Assembly: GCA_963664015.2 (NCBI GenBank)
Contig: CAXXLF010000001.1
Span: 866,704-930,703 of the forward strand
Direction of reading: 5' to 3'
Source of the DNA: Candidatus Binatia bacterium
GTDB lineage: Bacteria > Desulfobacterota > Binatia > UBA9968 > CAXXLF01
Length of the DNA stretch: 64,000 bases
Part shown: positions 38,683 through 47,575 of the stretch, in pieces
Layout: every line of letters begins with the position of its first letter
How positions within the stretch are numbered: position 1 is the stretch's first letter
Notes under the pieces: model-generated
What the model saw: only the letters and a program-made list of their open reading frames with translations
Told to the model about the DNA's origin: nothing
Database searches by the model: none
Made by a program: the position numbers and the translations under genes

Positions 38683-39702
38683 CTAACCACCTTGGCCAAG
38701 CGCCATCTCAACTTTAGCGACAATGTCCCGGACCTCGATGGATTGCATGCAAATGCGGCCGATGGAACACTTCCTGAGGTAACAGGGTGAACAATCGGCC
38801 TTGCCCTGAAGGACCAGATGATCAAAGCTAAAGGGACCGGTACGCAGGGGGTTGGTCGCCCCCCACAGAGAAACGACGGGAATCCCAACGGCAGCGCACA
38901 AGTGCATGAGCCCGGTATCTGGGCCAACAGCAACCTTTGACCGTGCCAACATGGCGATGGATTCACGCAGGGTATTCACGCCAACGAAATTTTTAACCGG
39001 AACTATCTGATAATTCTCGAACTCTGTTGCCAGGGGAACATCTTCAGCACCACCAAGAAGGACAATGTCCAGCCCGAAACGCTTGTGGACCTCACTGGCA
39101 CTCAATGCGGCTTGATAAGGGAACCACCGTTTGCTTTCCCAACGGGCTCCGAGAAAAAAAACGGCAAAGCGCTCCCCGACCCCATGGAGACGCTGGGTCA
39201 CATTTTTTTCCTCCTGGGGTGAGCACGTGATCTTCCACTCCGGAGGGGCGGTTCCCATACCCAAGAACTCAGCGAATTTAAAATAGTGAAACAATTTAGA
39301 AATGTTTTCACCCGCAAATTCGATATGAAAATTGTTAAAAACCCAATTGAGCTCCTTAGAGTCAAGTCTATGAAATCCCAATCGAATCGGTGCCCCCGAG
39401 TACCGACTGACCAATCCGCTCTTGAGAATCCGCTGTAAGTCCAAGACAAGATCAAAATGCCCCGATCGGACCCTTTCCAGAAATGGGAGAAGGCTCTTCC
39501 ACCAGCGCTTGCGATCGAAGAGAAGGACCTCGTCAACCGCTGGATGATTCTCGACCAGGGGAAATGCCGCGGGTTCAATAGACCAGCTAATCCTGGCCTC
39601 GGGATAGGCCTTGCGGAGGAGATTTGCCAATGGCAAGGCTCGAGACACATCCCCAATGGAACCGTGCAGGACAATCAGAATTTTGCTCCCAACAAACTGC
39701 AT
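38683..39702 (-). CDS. ADP-heptose:LPS heptosyltransferase (GT9)
   Basis: KILIVLHGSIGDVSRALPLANLLRKAYPEARISW...GPDTGLMHLCAAVGIPVVSLWGATNP, GT9 signatures. ATG 39702 lies 1 nt after the upstream stop. Confidence 0.8.
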   Translation of the reverse strand: MQFVGSKILIVLHGSIGDVSRALPLANLLRKAYPEARISWSIEPAAFPLVENHPAVDEVLLFDRKRWWKSLLPFLERVRSGHFDLVLDLQRILKSGLVSRYSGAPIRLGFHRLDSKELNWVFNNFHIEFAGENISKLFHYFKFAEFLGMGTAPPEWKITCSPQEEKNVTQRLHGVGERFAVFFLGARWESKRWFPYQAALSASEVHKRFGLDIVLLGGAEDVPLATEFENYQIVPVKNFVGVNTLRESIAMLARSKVAVGPDTGLMHLCAAVGIPVVSLWGATNPLRTGPFSFDHLVLQGKADCSPCYLRKCSIGRICMQSIEVRDIVAKVEMALGQGG

Positions 39703-39703
39703 A

Positions 39704-40525
39704 CTAGGGATCCTGATTGTAAAACTCCATGAAATCTGACCAGGCCTTTTCCGAAAGATACTGTCCCCGCGAGTCAAGTTTCCGTACCGACCGTAACAAC
39801 CGAAGGAGGTTTTTGTTTGCCTTTAAGGGGCTGAGTTTTTCCGGAAATAGCCTGGCCTTGTCAAAATCGATTAGAAAAACCTCAACGGATCCGGGCTGCC
39901 TACGCACCATTATATTTTTCAGATTGAGATCCGCGTGGTAAATACCCTTAAAGTGCATTCGGCGAACACCCTGAGCTACGGCACAAAGAAGCAACCGGGT
40001 ATCTTCTCTGGTAAGACTGTTTTTCAGCGCAAGCCAAAGGTCCTGGGCCCCAGCAAGTTCCCGGCTAACCAGCCACCCTCGATAGAAAGGCCCGCAGGTC
40101 CTTTGGACGAGTGCCGCCAGGACATCTACAGTGGGAACCCCGCGGCGCCGGACCTCGTCAGTAATGACCAGCTCGGCAAAAGGCCGGGTGGGCCAGGTAA
40201 AGAACACCTGCCCGGTGATTTTGCGCAAAAGTCCCCCATGCCGGTATTGACGAGCCAAGGCAACGTTGCCCTCCGCCACTTGGATACGACGGAGGGTTCC
40301 TCTCCCGTAGTGGGGGGGCGGCTCTTCGGGTACCGTGACCGGCCTCATGACCGAGGCCGCAAGCCGATACGCATTGATCCCATCTTGGATCAACATCAGT
40401 TGTCCGCCACGCAGGCATACCCGTCTATATCCATCCGGTACCGGCCCCCAGATCCATGATTCGAACATGATATTTTTATCCTTGGCGGCCCCCTCTAACG
40501 TTCTCGCCACTTGGGAAACCATCAC
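39704..40525 (-). CDS. kdkA: 3-deoxy-D-manno-octulosonic acid (Kdo) kinase-like protein
   Basis: YRHGGLL...RPFAELVITDEVRRRGVPT...GIYHADLNLKNIMV...LIDFDKA...NLLRLLRSVRK matches my recollection of the KdkA pattern. The start is uncertain (40525 or Met 40468). Confidence 0.65.
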   Translation of the reverse strand: MMVSQVARTLEGAAKDKNIMFESWIWGPVPDGYRRVCLRGGQLMLIQDGINAYRLAASVMRPVTVPEEPPPHYGRGTLRRIQVAEGNVALARQYRHGGLLRKITGQVFFTWPTRPFAELVITDEVRRRGVPTVDVLAALVQRTCGPFYRGWLVSRELAGAQDLWLALKNSLTREDTRLLLCAVAQGVRRMHFKGIYHADLNLKNIMVRRQPGSVEVFLIDFDKARLFPEKLSPLKANKNLLRLLRSVRKLDSRGQYLSEKAWSDFMEFYNQDP

Positions 40526-40568
40526 CGTTCAACGACTCACCGGCATTCCAGGTGCATTCCCGGTCCAT

Positions 40569-41279
40569 TCACTTCCCGCTGGACCGGCTTGTTTCATGCC
40601 ACTTTATCCCTCCAACCATCGTCCCGTAGGCCGACAACGCCGACAAACTCAAACCCGCCATCCCTTGAAACACAAGCCCTTTCACGAACAAAAGCCGTAT
40701 CAGCACCCACATGGGATACGTAACTAGGGAGGTTCGACTCAATGCCCGCCCATCGGATCCCAATTCCTGGGCCCATAGGCTGGAGACTACGTTGAGGCGC
40801 TCGACCCCGACGGCAAGTTCCGAGGAGGAGTAATCGTTAATCCATCCTGGGAGCACAGTAGCTTTTCCATTGTGAACGGGAGATTGAGAATTCCACCAAT
40901 GGATGGGAAAATCCCTCGTTTCACGACACAGACGCATCGAAGGCGTCGGACTCCAAAGGCTTCCCTCGACCCAACGCCCAAGCAGAAAAGAACGGATCGG
41001 GACCCGGTAGGCCGGCAATGATTGACCGGGGTCCTCCCGACGGAGACGTTGGAGCGCATCCGCAAGCTGGTCCTCCACGCATTCATCCCCCCATAGGTGT
41101 AACACCCAATCCGTATGGGTCGCCTGAATGGCTTTTCCGGATCCTCCAGAAATATGGGCTGCCTCCTCCTGGTCCAATGGGCAAATGGTTACCGTATCCG
41201 CCCACTGGACGCTCTCCAGGCACTGGGACAGATGGCTCATCCCTCGCAGGCTATAAACAACAACACCAAGGGTAGGCAT
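40569..41279 (-). CDS. Divergent GT2-like paralogue of 36979..37764 with degenerate nucleotide-sugar-binding motifs
   Basis: Same layout as the GT2 above (LGVVVYSL...CLESVQWADTV...WVLHLWGDECVEDQL...RVPIRSFLLGRW...C-terminal hydrophobic tail). However, VVVDSFSTDGT is replaced by VTICPLDQEEA and DADE by WGDE. Confidence 0.5.
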   Translation of the reverse strand: MPTLGVVVYSLRGMSHLSQCLESVQWADTVTICPLDQEEAAHISGGSGKAIQATHTDWVLHLWGDECVEDQLADALQRLRREDPGQSLPAYRVPIRSFLLGRWVEGSLWSPTPSMRLCRETRDFPIHWWNSQSPVHNGKATVLPGWINDYSSSELAVGVERLNVVSSLWAQELGSDGRALSRTSLVTYPMWVLIRLLFVKGLVFQGMAGLSLSALSAYGTMVGGIKWHETSRSSGK

Positions 41280-41286
41280 GGAATCG

Positions 41287-42468
41287 CTAGAGGGAAACAA
41301 ACTCAGGCACAGGATCGGCTCGATCCTCGCCACTGGTTTGCCCCCGATGGCTGAGAAGCCGCTTTACCGCTTGCATGACTTCCTCTGCTGGGATCAAGCG
41401 GATACAGTCCTCCGTACCAAGGGGACATCGCAGGCCACCATGCAAAGCGCAAGGGCGACAGGGGAGGCTCTTCTCGACAACAACGGCCCTGGAAGAGTAA
41501 GGGTAAAACCCCAAGCCCGGAGTAGTAGCGCAAAAAACGGCGACCACAGGGACTCCTCGTGCCACCGCAACATGCATGGGCATGCTGTCGTTAGTGATAA
41601 AGACGTCACACCATTCCAGAGCACCCGCAAGCTCCGCAAGGCTGGTCCGCCCGACGAGATTACGTCCCAGATGACCGACCAGTCCCTGAATTCGGTCCAC
41701 GATGGCAGCATCATCAGGCCCGCCAAACAGCAATACCTCACAATCGTATGTCTGTTTCAATCGACGCACCAACTCGGCGTACCTCTCCGCCGACCACCTT
41801 TTGGTCGGCCATACGGAACCGGGGTTTAGACCTACGATAACCTTCCCCTCCTTTCGCTCGACACCTAGGGATTGAAACAAACGCGCCACCGTCGCCCGGG
41901 CGGCGGGGCTGACTTCGACGCGCAAGCGCTTGACACACTGCCACGGCTCAATGCCGAAGGGTTTAAGAATCGATAGATTTCTTTCAACATCGTGGCTCCG
42001 AGAATTACGATCCACACGATCATGGTAGAAGAACCAGCCGGTACTCTGGCGAAACCCGATACGATATGGAATCCCGGCTAGGGTGAGCAGCAGTGCGGTG
42101 CGCAAGGACTTGTGGGGCGAAACAGCGACGGTAAAGTTCTGGGCATTCAATTGCCTGGCCTTGATCCATAAGCCCTTGATTCCGCTCCCCTCGCTCTTTT
42201 TATCGTCGGTTATAATGTCATCCAGATCGGGATTAGCCTCGAGTAGGCCCCGTGCAGCCGGGGTGCATAGAATCGCCAATCGGGCCTCAGGAAATCGCCG
42301 CCTGAGTTCAGAGATAAGGGGGGTGGTGAGGACAACATCGCCAAGGAAACTGGTTTGAACGATGAGAATCCTCTCTCCCGCTCCGCGGTCAGAAATGTGC
42401 AGGAAAGCACCCATGAAGGGATGGCCAAGATCGTTCACTGGATCGCCCAGTGGGCACACTCCATCCAA
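41287..42468 (-). CDS. ADP-heptose:LPS heptosyltransferase (GT9), second copy
   Basis: ILIVQTSFLGDVVLTTPLISELRRRFPEARLAIL...TNDSMPMHVAVARGVPVVAVFCATTP. Met 42414 is an alternative start. Confidence 0.8.
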   Translation of the reverse strand: MDGVCPLGDPVNDLGHPFMGAFLHISDRGAGERILIVQTSFLGDVVLTTPLISELRRRFPEARLAILCTPAARGLLEANPDLDDIITDDKKSEGSGIKGLWIKARQLNAQNFTVAVSPHKSLRTALLLTLAGIPYRIGFRQSTGWFFYHDRVDRNSRSHDVERNLSILKPFGIEPWQCVKRLRVEVSPAARATVARLFQSLGVERKEGKVIVGLNPGSVWPTKRWSAERYAELVRRLKQTYDCEVLLFGGPDDAAIVDRIQGLVGHLGRNLVGRTSLAELAGALEWCDVFITNDSMPMHVAVARGVPVVAVFCATTPGLGFYPYSSRAVVVEKSLPCRPCALHGGLRCPLGTEDCIRLIPAEEVMQAVKRLLSHRGQTSGEDRADPVPEFVSL

Positions 42469-42474
42469 ACCGCC

Positions 42475-42642
42475 TCACAGCTTGATCGCCTCATCAATCA
42501 ACATTACCGGGATGTCGCCTTTGATGGGATACAGCAATGCACAGGTTTCACAGACGAGCCCATCCTCTGATTCGTTCAGATGGATGTCCCCTTTACATTT
42601 TGGACACGCCAATATGTCCAGAAGGTCTTGGCTGATACTCAT
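42475..42642 (-). CDS. Trm112/UPF0434 (YcaR-like) small zinc-ribbon protein
   Basis: Not in the ORF track because it is only 55 aa. My translation: MSISQDLLDILACPKCKGDIHLNESEDGLVCETCALLYPIKGDIPVMLIDEAIKL. GGGAGGG RBS 7 nt upstream. Sits in the classical position next to lpxK. Confidence 0.75.
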   Translation of the reverse strand: MSISQDLLDILACPKCKGDIHLNESEDGLVCETCALLYPIKGDIPVMLIDEAIKL

Positions 42643-42714
42643 AGGGTTGCCCTCCCTTATTCTTAACGAATCTATGCCCCGTGCCCAGGGCGCTTCACTC
42701 TTTTCACTCGGTTT

Positions 42715-43329
42715 TTACTTTCTCACCGGAGTTGCCTCTGATGGAAATCTAATCTGCAAATCTTGTACAATTTCTTCTACGGCACTCCAAAAATCGGGTA
42801 CGGTTGCCCAGGGGAGCGGAGTCCGAGTTCCCTCTAGGGAACGCTCCTTCGCACCGGGCCGCGCCGTATCGATGAGGAGCCCCTTGGCTCCCACTTGGTC
42901 GGCCAACATGATGTCGCTAATCTGATCCCCCACCAAATAAGAACCAACGGCTGTTAGGCCCAATTCGGAACAGGCCCGGTGCACCATCCCGGGCTTCGGC
43001 TTGCGGCATTCGCAAGAGACTCGATAGGGGTCGCGCCCCTCGGTCGGATGATGAGGACAGTAATAGATGCCGTCTAGCGATGCACCTTCCCCTGATAAGC
43101 GTATACCAATTTCACGGTGAATCCCATCAAGGCCCTGCTCGTTGAGAAGGCCACGGGCCACCGCCGACTGGTTTGTCACCATAACAACCTTCAAGCCATA
43201 GGATTGCAGAATTAAAATTGCCTCAGCAACCCTGGGGAGGAGTTCAATTTGATCTATTCGAGAGAGATAACCGACCTCACGAATGAGAGTCCCATCGCGG
43301 TCGACAAAGGCTGCCCGATGGCTAGGCAT
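42715..43329 (-). CDS. gmhB: D-glycero-beta-D-manno-heptose-1,7-bisphosphate 7-phosphatase
   Basis: HAD motifs FVDRDGTL, VTNQSAVARG and CxC Zn-site CECRKPKPGM, plus VGDQISD. Start set at MPSHRAAF (43329), overlapping the lpxK stop. Confidence 0.85.
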   Translation of the reverse strand: MPSHRAAFVDRDGTLIREVGYLSRIDQIELLPRVAEAILILQSYGLKVVMVTNQSAVARGLLNEQGLDGIHREIGIRLSGEGASLDGIYYCPHHPTEGRDPYRVSCECRKPKPGMVHRACSELGLTAVGSYLVGDQISDIMLADQVGAKGLLIDTARPGAKERSLEGTRTPLPWATVPDFWSAVEEIVQDLQIRFPSEATPVRK

Positions 43330-44437
43330 CGGCCCGTCTCCTCTCCTCCGCCTCGCTTCTTTTGACCCCAAGTGCTTCTACCACTGCATCGACAAGCTTC
43401 CGCCCTTCATCTACGACCATGCTCACTCGCAATGCATAAAGTTTATCGTTGGCAAATGGGAATTGGACAAGTTTCACGATATCCTTCTCGGTCGTTATCA
43501 CGCGGTCCACATTTCGGGCGCAGCGGCTAATCGTCTGCCAATCCTTCGTGGAGTATTCATGATGGTCGGGGAACTCCAAAGTATCTACAATATCACCACC
43601 CCAATCCTGAATCATACGGTAAAATACGGCGGCGTTGGCGATACCGGAGATCGCCAGGATCTTGCATCCGGACACCTTACCCAAAGGCACCTCTACCCAA
43701 CGCTGATCCTCCCATACAACCACCGCTGTAGGCTCAAGGGACCCGTAGAAGCAAACAGGTTTCTTTGATTTTCGAAAGAGGAAGGGGTCCCATTTTTCTC
43801 TGGACCCCGTTACGAGGCAAATATGGGCTCGTCCCAACGCGCTTCTAGGTTCGCGAAAGGGACCCGCCGGCAGCAACCATCCCTGCCAATCCTCTCCCAA
43901 AAGCAAAAGGTCCAGATCCCGGTGCAGTCTGCGGTGTTGAAAGCCATCATCCAATAGAAAAACGTCAATTTCGTTCTCCTGGAGCAAACAAGTCCCCACT
44001 TCGTACCGTCTTTTTCCCACTCCCACCTTATTCCCATAGAGCCCGGCCATAATCATGGGTTCATCCCCGACGATCTGAGCGTTTTCGATCTGTTCGGATC
44101 CCGGCTCCAGTATTCTGGGACCCGAGCCTTTGCTCTTATAGCCCCTGCTCAGGATTGCAACCCGGTATCCGCGCTCCGTCAGTTCCTGTGCCAACCACAG
44201 GGTTGTCGGGGTTTTACCGGTGCCCCCTACGGTCAGATTTCCCACACTCACCACCAGGCAAGGCAGCTTTTTAATTCGTAACCTGGCCGCCGAATAAAGA
44301 GAGTTTCGTAGTCGAGCCCATAAGGAATAGAGAAGAGAAAGCGGGATCAAGACAATCCACAGAAGCCACGGGAAAAGACCCCGCCGTTCCCAAACCCGTC
44401 GCGCTAAAGATTCCGGTCCCTTCATCAGACACTGCAC
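43322..44437 (-). CDS. lpxK: Tetraacyldisaccharide 4'-kinase
   Basis: N-terminal TM segment, P-loop VGNLTVGGTGKTP, and SRGY and DDGFQH motifs. Confidence 0.88.
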   Translation of the reverse strand: MQCLMKGPESLARRVWERRGLFPWLLWIVLIPLSLLYSLWARLRNSLYSAARLRIKKLPCLVVSVGNLTVGGTGKTPTTLWLAQELTERGYRVAILSRGYKSKGSGPRILEPGSEQIENAQIVGDEPMIMAGLYGNKVGVGKRRYEVGTCLLQENEIDVFLLDDGFQHRRLHRDLDLLLLGEDWQGWLLPAGPFREPRSALGRAHICLVTGSREKWDPFLFRKSKKPVCFYGSLEPTAVVVWEDQRWVEVPLGKVSGCKILAISGIANAAVFYRMIQDWGGDIVDTLEFPDHHEYSTKDWQTISRCARNVDRVITTEKDIVKLVQFPFANDKLYALRVSMVVDEGRKLVDAVVEALGVKRSEAEERRRADA

Positions 44438-44507
44438 CGGGCCGCCAGATTACAGGGGATTTGGTTTATCCAAAAGAATTTCCTGGATCCAGCCGCCAGT
44501 TGGAACG

Positions 44508-45791
44508 TTACAGGTATCGGCCAATCAGCCCCATACTTCGGTCAACCACTCCTCGATCACCCTCCACCACTCGCTTCGCCTTTTCTCCGACCTCCAGTGC
44601 CTTCTCCGGCTCCCCAAGAAACATAGAAATGACCCGCGTCAGATCCTCCTCTCCACTGACCTCGATGCCGCCGCCCTGTTGCTTCATTTCATCGGCAAGA
44701 TCCGAGAAATTGGCCATGTGAGGGCCGAAAAGAACCGGTTTACTCCAACGAGCCGGCTCAATGAGATTGTGGCCGCCCGCATCAACGAGACTCCCGCCGA
44801 TGAATACCACGTGGGCCAAACGATAGATGGCAGGCAACTCGCCAAGAGTATCTAGAAAAACGATATCCGCATCGCCCGCGCCATGGCCGTTCATTTCACT
44901 CTTTTTCACGTAGTTCAGTTTTTTTCTTTGCAGGAGTTTTTCCACTTCATCAAAACGCTGCGGATGTCTCGGGGCCAGAATCATCAGAAGATCCGGGTTC
45001 CGGGATTTAAGGTTCAAGAAGGTGTCCAGCAATACCTGCTCTTCACCCCGATGGGTACTTCCGGCCACCAGGATCCGTCTTGGCGTATCGCCGTTGAGGC
45101 TCCCCATGGTCTCATCCATGCCCTCCGCTTCCAAAGAACCCCAATTGGCGTGCTTCAGGTTACCGGTCACCATCACCTTATTCGGATCCACCCCAAGATC
45201 GGCAACACGTTCAGCGTATTGCTGGCTCTGCATCCCGAACGTGGTAATCTGCCTCAGTACCCGGGAGAAAAACCATCTGAAAAAGCGGTAGCGGCGAAAT
45301 GCCCGAGGTGAGATTCGACCACTGATCAGTAAGGTGGGAACCCCCCGGCTATGAGCCAGGTGCAAGAGATTGGGCCAGAATTCGGTCTCGAGAAATATCA
45401 AGAGAGCTGGATCAAACAGGCTCAACGTCCGACGAATCACCCACGGATGGTCCAAGGGTAAAAAAATTACACCATCGGCGATGGGTTGGCTCTGACAGGC
45501 CATTCGATATCCGGCACGAGTGAATGTCGACAGGAGTATTTTTCGATCGGGGAATCTCTTCCGAATTTCGATCACCAGAGAGTTTGCCGCCCGCACTTCC
45601 CCCACTGAAACCGCATGGATCCATACGGGTCGGGAACCTAGCAGAGCATCCTTAACCCTCCGCGGGTAAAAACCGACCCGCTCCAAAAATCCCACCCGGA
45701 TCCCCCTCGTAAAGAGAAGGGCCAGCAGAATAAAGGGCAGGCTCAAAATCAATAAAAGGCTCAACAAACTATTATAGACCCAATAGATCAT
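44508..45791 (-). CDS. waaA: 3-deoxy-D-manno-octulosonic acid transferase
   Basis: N-terminal TM segment, VWIHAVSVGE, ETEFWPN and GGSL...GGHN..EPA motifs. Confidence 0.9.
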   Translation of the reverse strand: MIYWVYNSLLSLLLILSLPFILLALLFTRGIRVGFLERVGFYPRRVKDALLGSRPVWIHAVSVGEVRAANSLVIEIRKRFPDRKILLSTFTRAGYRMACQSQPIADGVIFLPLDHPWVIRRTLSLFDPALLIFLETEFWPNLLHLAHSRGVPTLLISGRISPRAFRRYRFFRWFFSRVLRQITTFGMQSQQYAERVADLGVDPNKVMVTGNLKHANWGSLEAEGMDETMGSLNGDTPRRILVAGSTHRGEEQVLLDTFLNLKSRNPDLLMILAPRHPQRFDEVEKLLQRKKLNYVKKSEMNGHGAGDADIVFLDTLGELPAIYRLAHVVFIGGSLVDAGGHNLIEPARWSKPVLFGPHMANFSDLADEMKQQGGGIEVSGEEDLTRVISMFLGEPEKALEVGEKAKRVVEGDRGVVDRSMGLIGRYL

Positions 45792-45797
45792 GGATTC

Positions 45798-47552
45798 TCA
45801 GTGCAGCACCTTGTCCCGCGGGAGGCCCTCATTCTCTAGCAGTTGCATTGTGTACAGCTTGCTGTATTCGGTGTTGCGGGCCAGCAGTTCTTCGTGGGTC
45901 CCTTCCTCAACAATGCTCCCTCCCGCAAGTACGGCAATTCGTGCCGCCTTGCGAATCGTTGAGAGTCTGTGAGCAATGACCAGCGTCGTGCGGCGGGTCA
46001 TCAGGCGCTCCAGTGCTTCTTGAACGAGTCGCTCCGACTCGGCGTCCAGAGCTGATGTGGCTTCGTCGAGAATGAGGATGGGACCATCCTTGAGCAGCGC
46101 ACGGGCGATGGAGACCCTTTGCCGTTGACCACCTGAGAGTTTCAAACCCATCTCCCCAATCACCGTATCGTAACCCTGCGGCATAGCTGAGACAAACTCG
46201 TGGGCATGGGCGGCGCTGGCCGCCGCAATGATCTGATCCATATCCTTGGATCGATCACCGTAAGCAATGTTGTTTTTTACCGTATCGTTAAAAAGAAAGG
46301 TTTGCTGCGTGACGATTCCAATTTGGGAACGAAGCGAGGCAAGGGTCAATTCCCGGATATCGACCCCGTCGAAAGTGATACTTCCCGCACCCACATCGTA
46401 AAATCTCGGAATGAGGTCCGCTAAGGTGCTTTTTCCAACGCCGCTGACTCCCACAACGGCAACGACTTCCCCCCAGTTCATCTTAAGATTGATGTCCTTT
46501 AGGACGGGATTCCGATCGTAGCTGAAGTTGACATTATGGAATTCGATCCCCTTAGAAAAGGGAGGTGCTTCCCGACTGCCGGGATTGTCCTTGATCTCAG
46601 GATCCGTATCCAGAACCTCAAATACCCGTTCGGCACCGGCCATGGCCTGATAAATCAGCGAATAGGTTCGGCTCAGATGTTTGAAAGGTTGGTACAGGAG
46701 AAACATAGCCGCCATAAAGGCCATAAACTCCCCTTGCGTACGACCGCCGCCAATGACACTGGATCCGCCGTACCACACCACGGCTCCGATGGCGAAGGCG
46801 GCCAGCAGTTCCATCGCCGGAGTGACAATGGCCTTACTCCGACTGGCCCTGACAAATTGTGTAAAAAGGCGCTGATTCTCTTCAGAGAACCGGTTGATCT
46901 CATATGCCTCCATCCCGAATGCCTTGACGATTCGGTTTCCCTGGATATTCTCCTGAAGGAGCGTGGTTAGATTCCCGATGCTGACCTGTCCCCTCTTGGT
47001 GAATCGCTTGATTTTTTTACTCAAGCGCAGAACAGGCAATACGGAAGCCGGGAACACGGCAAAGGCGATCGAGGCCAGGACCCAATCCTTAATAAACGCG
47101 ACAACGATCAAGACCAGTAAAGAGGTCGTGTCACGCATCAGAGATGCAACCGAGTCCGTCAGTGCACTACGGATCAGCGATACGTCGTTAGTCACTCGTG
47201 AAATTAGTGTTCCCGTGGGATGACGTTGAAAAAAAGAGAGGGGAAGAGACTGCAAGTGACGGTGGATCGCGTTACGCACGTCCGTAATGATGCGAAGTCC
47301 GACATAATCCGTCAAATAGCTTTGGCCGAAGTTCATTAGTCCTCGGAAGGCAAAAACCCCGACGATCACAAACGGAAGATAGGATAGAGCAGTCATATCC
47401 TTGCGAGTAAAAATGTCGTCAAAGACCCTTTCGACGATAAATGGCAAACCTCCCATGGTGGCACTGTACCCGAGCATACACACCATGGCGATGGTAAAAT
47501 AAGGCCAAAGGTACGGCTTCAGGTACTGAAACAGACGTAAGTAATTGCTCAT
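45798..47552 (-). CDS. msbA: Lipid A export ABC transporter permease/ATPase
   Basis: Six-TM exporter domain. Walker A GVSGVGKST, signature LSGGQRQR, Walker B ILILDEATSALD. Located in the lipid A cluster. Confidence 0.88.
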   Translation of the reverse strand: MSNYLRLFQYLKPYLWPYFTIAMVCMLGYSATMGGLPFIVERVFDDIFTRKDMTALSYLPFVIVGVFAFRGLMNFGQSYLTDYVGLRIITDVRNAIHRHLQSLPLSFFQRHPTGTLISRVTNDVSLIRSALTDSVASLMRDTTSLLVLIVVAFIKDWVLASIAFAVFPASVLPVLRLSKKIKRFTKRGQVSIGNLTTLLQENIQGNRIVKAFGMEAYEINRFSEENQRLFTQFVRASRSKAIVTPAMELLAAFAIGAVVWYGGSSVIGGGRTQGEFMAFMAAMFLLYQPFKHLSRTYSLIYQAMAGAERVFEVLDTDPEIKDNPGSREAPPFSKGIEFHNVNFSYDRNPVLKDINLKMNWGEVVAVVGVSGVGKSTLADLIPRFYDVGAGSITFDGVDIRELTLASLRSQIGIVTQQTFLFNDTVKNNIAYGDRSKDMDQIIAAASAAHAHEFVSAMPQGYDTVIGEMGLKLSGGQRQRVSIARALLKDGPILILDEATSALDAESERLVQEALERLMTRRTTLVIAHRLSTIRKAARIAVLAGGSIVEEGTHEELLARNTEYSKLYTMQLLENEGLPRDKVLH

Positions 47553-47575
47553 TTTCCGTCCTCCCCTATCAATGC

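Noticed and set aside
38679-38966. N-terminal 96-codon extension of the WaaP-like kinase ORF overlapping the GT9 gene. Analogous extensions exist for rpsA (17275..17388), aroA (19300..19395), bamA (55865..55903) and the GT9 at 39703..39777.
   Set aside because: The extensions overlap the 3' ends of well-supported upstream genes and encode Cys/Pro/Arg-rich non-homologous sequence. Internal Met/GTG starts at operon-typical junctions fit better.
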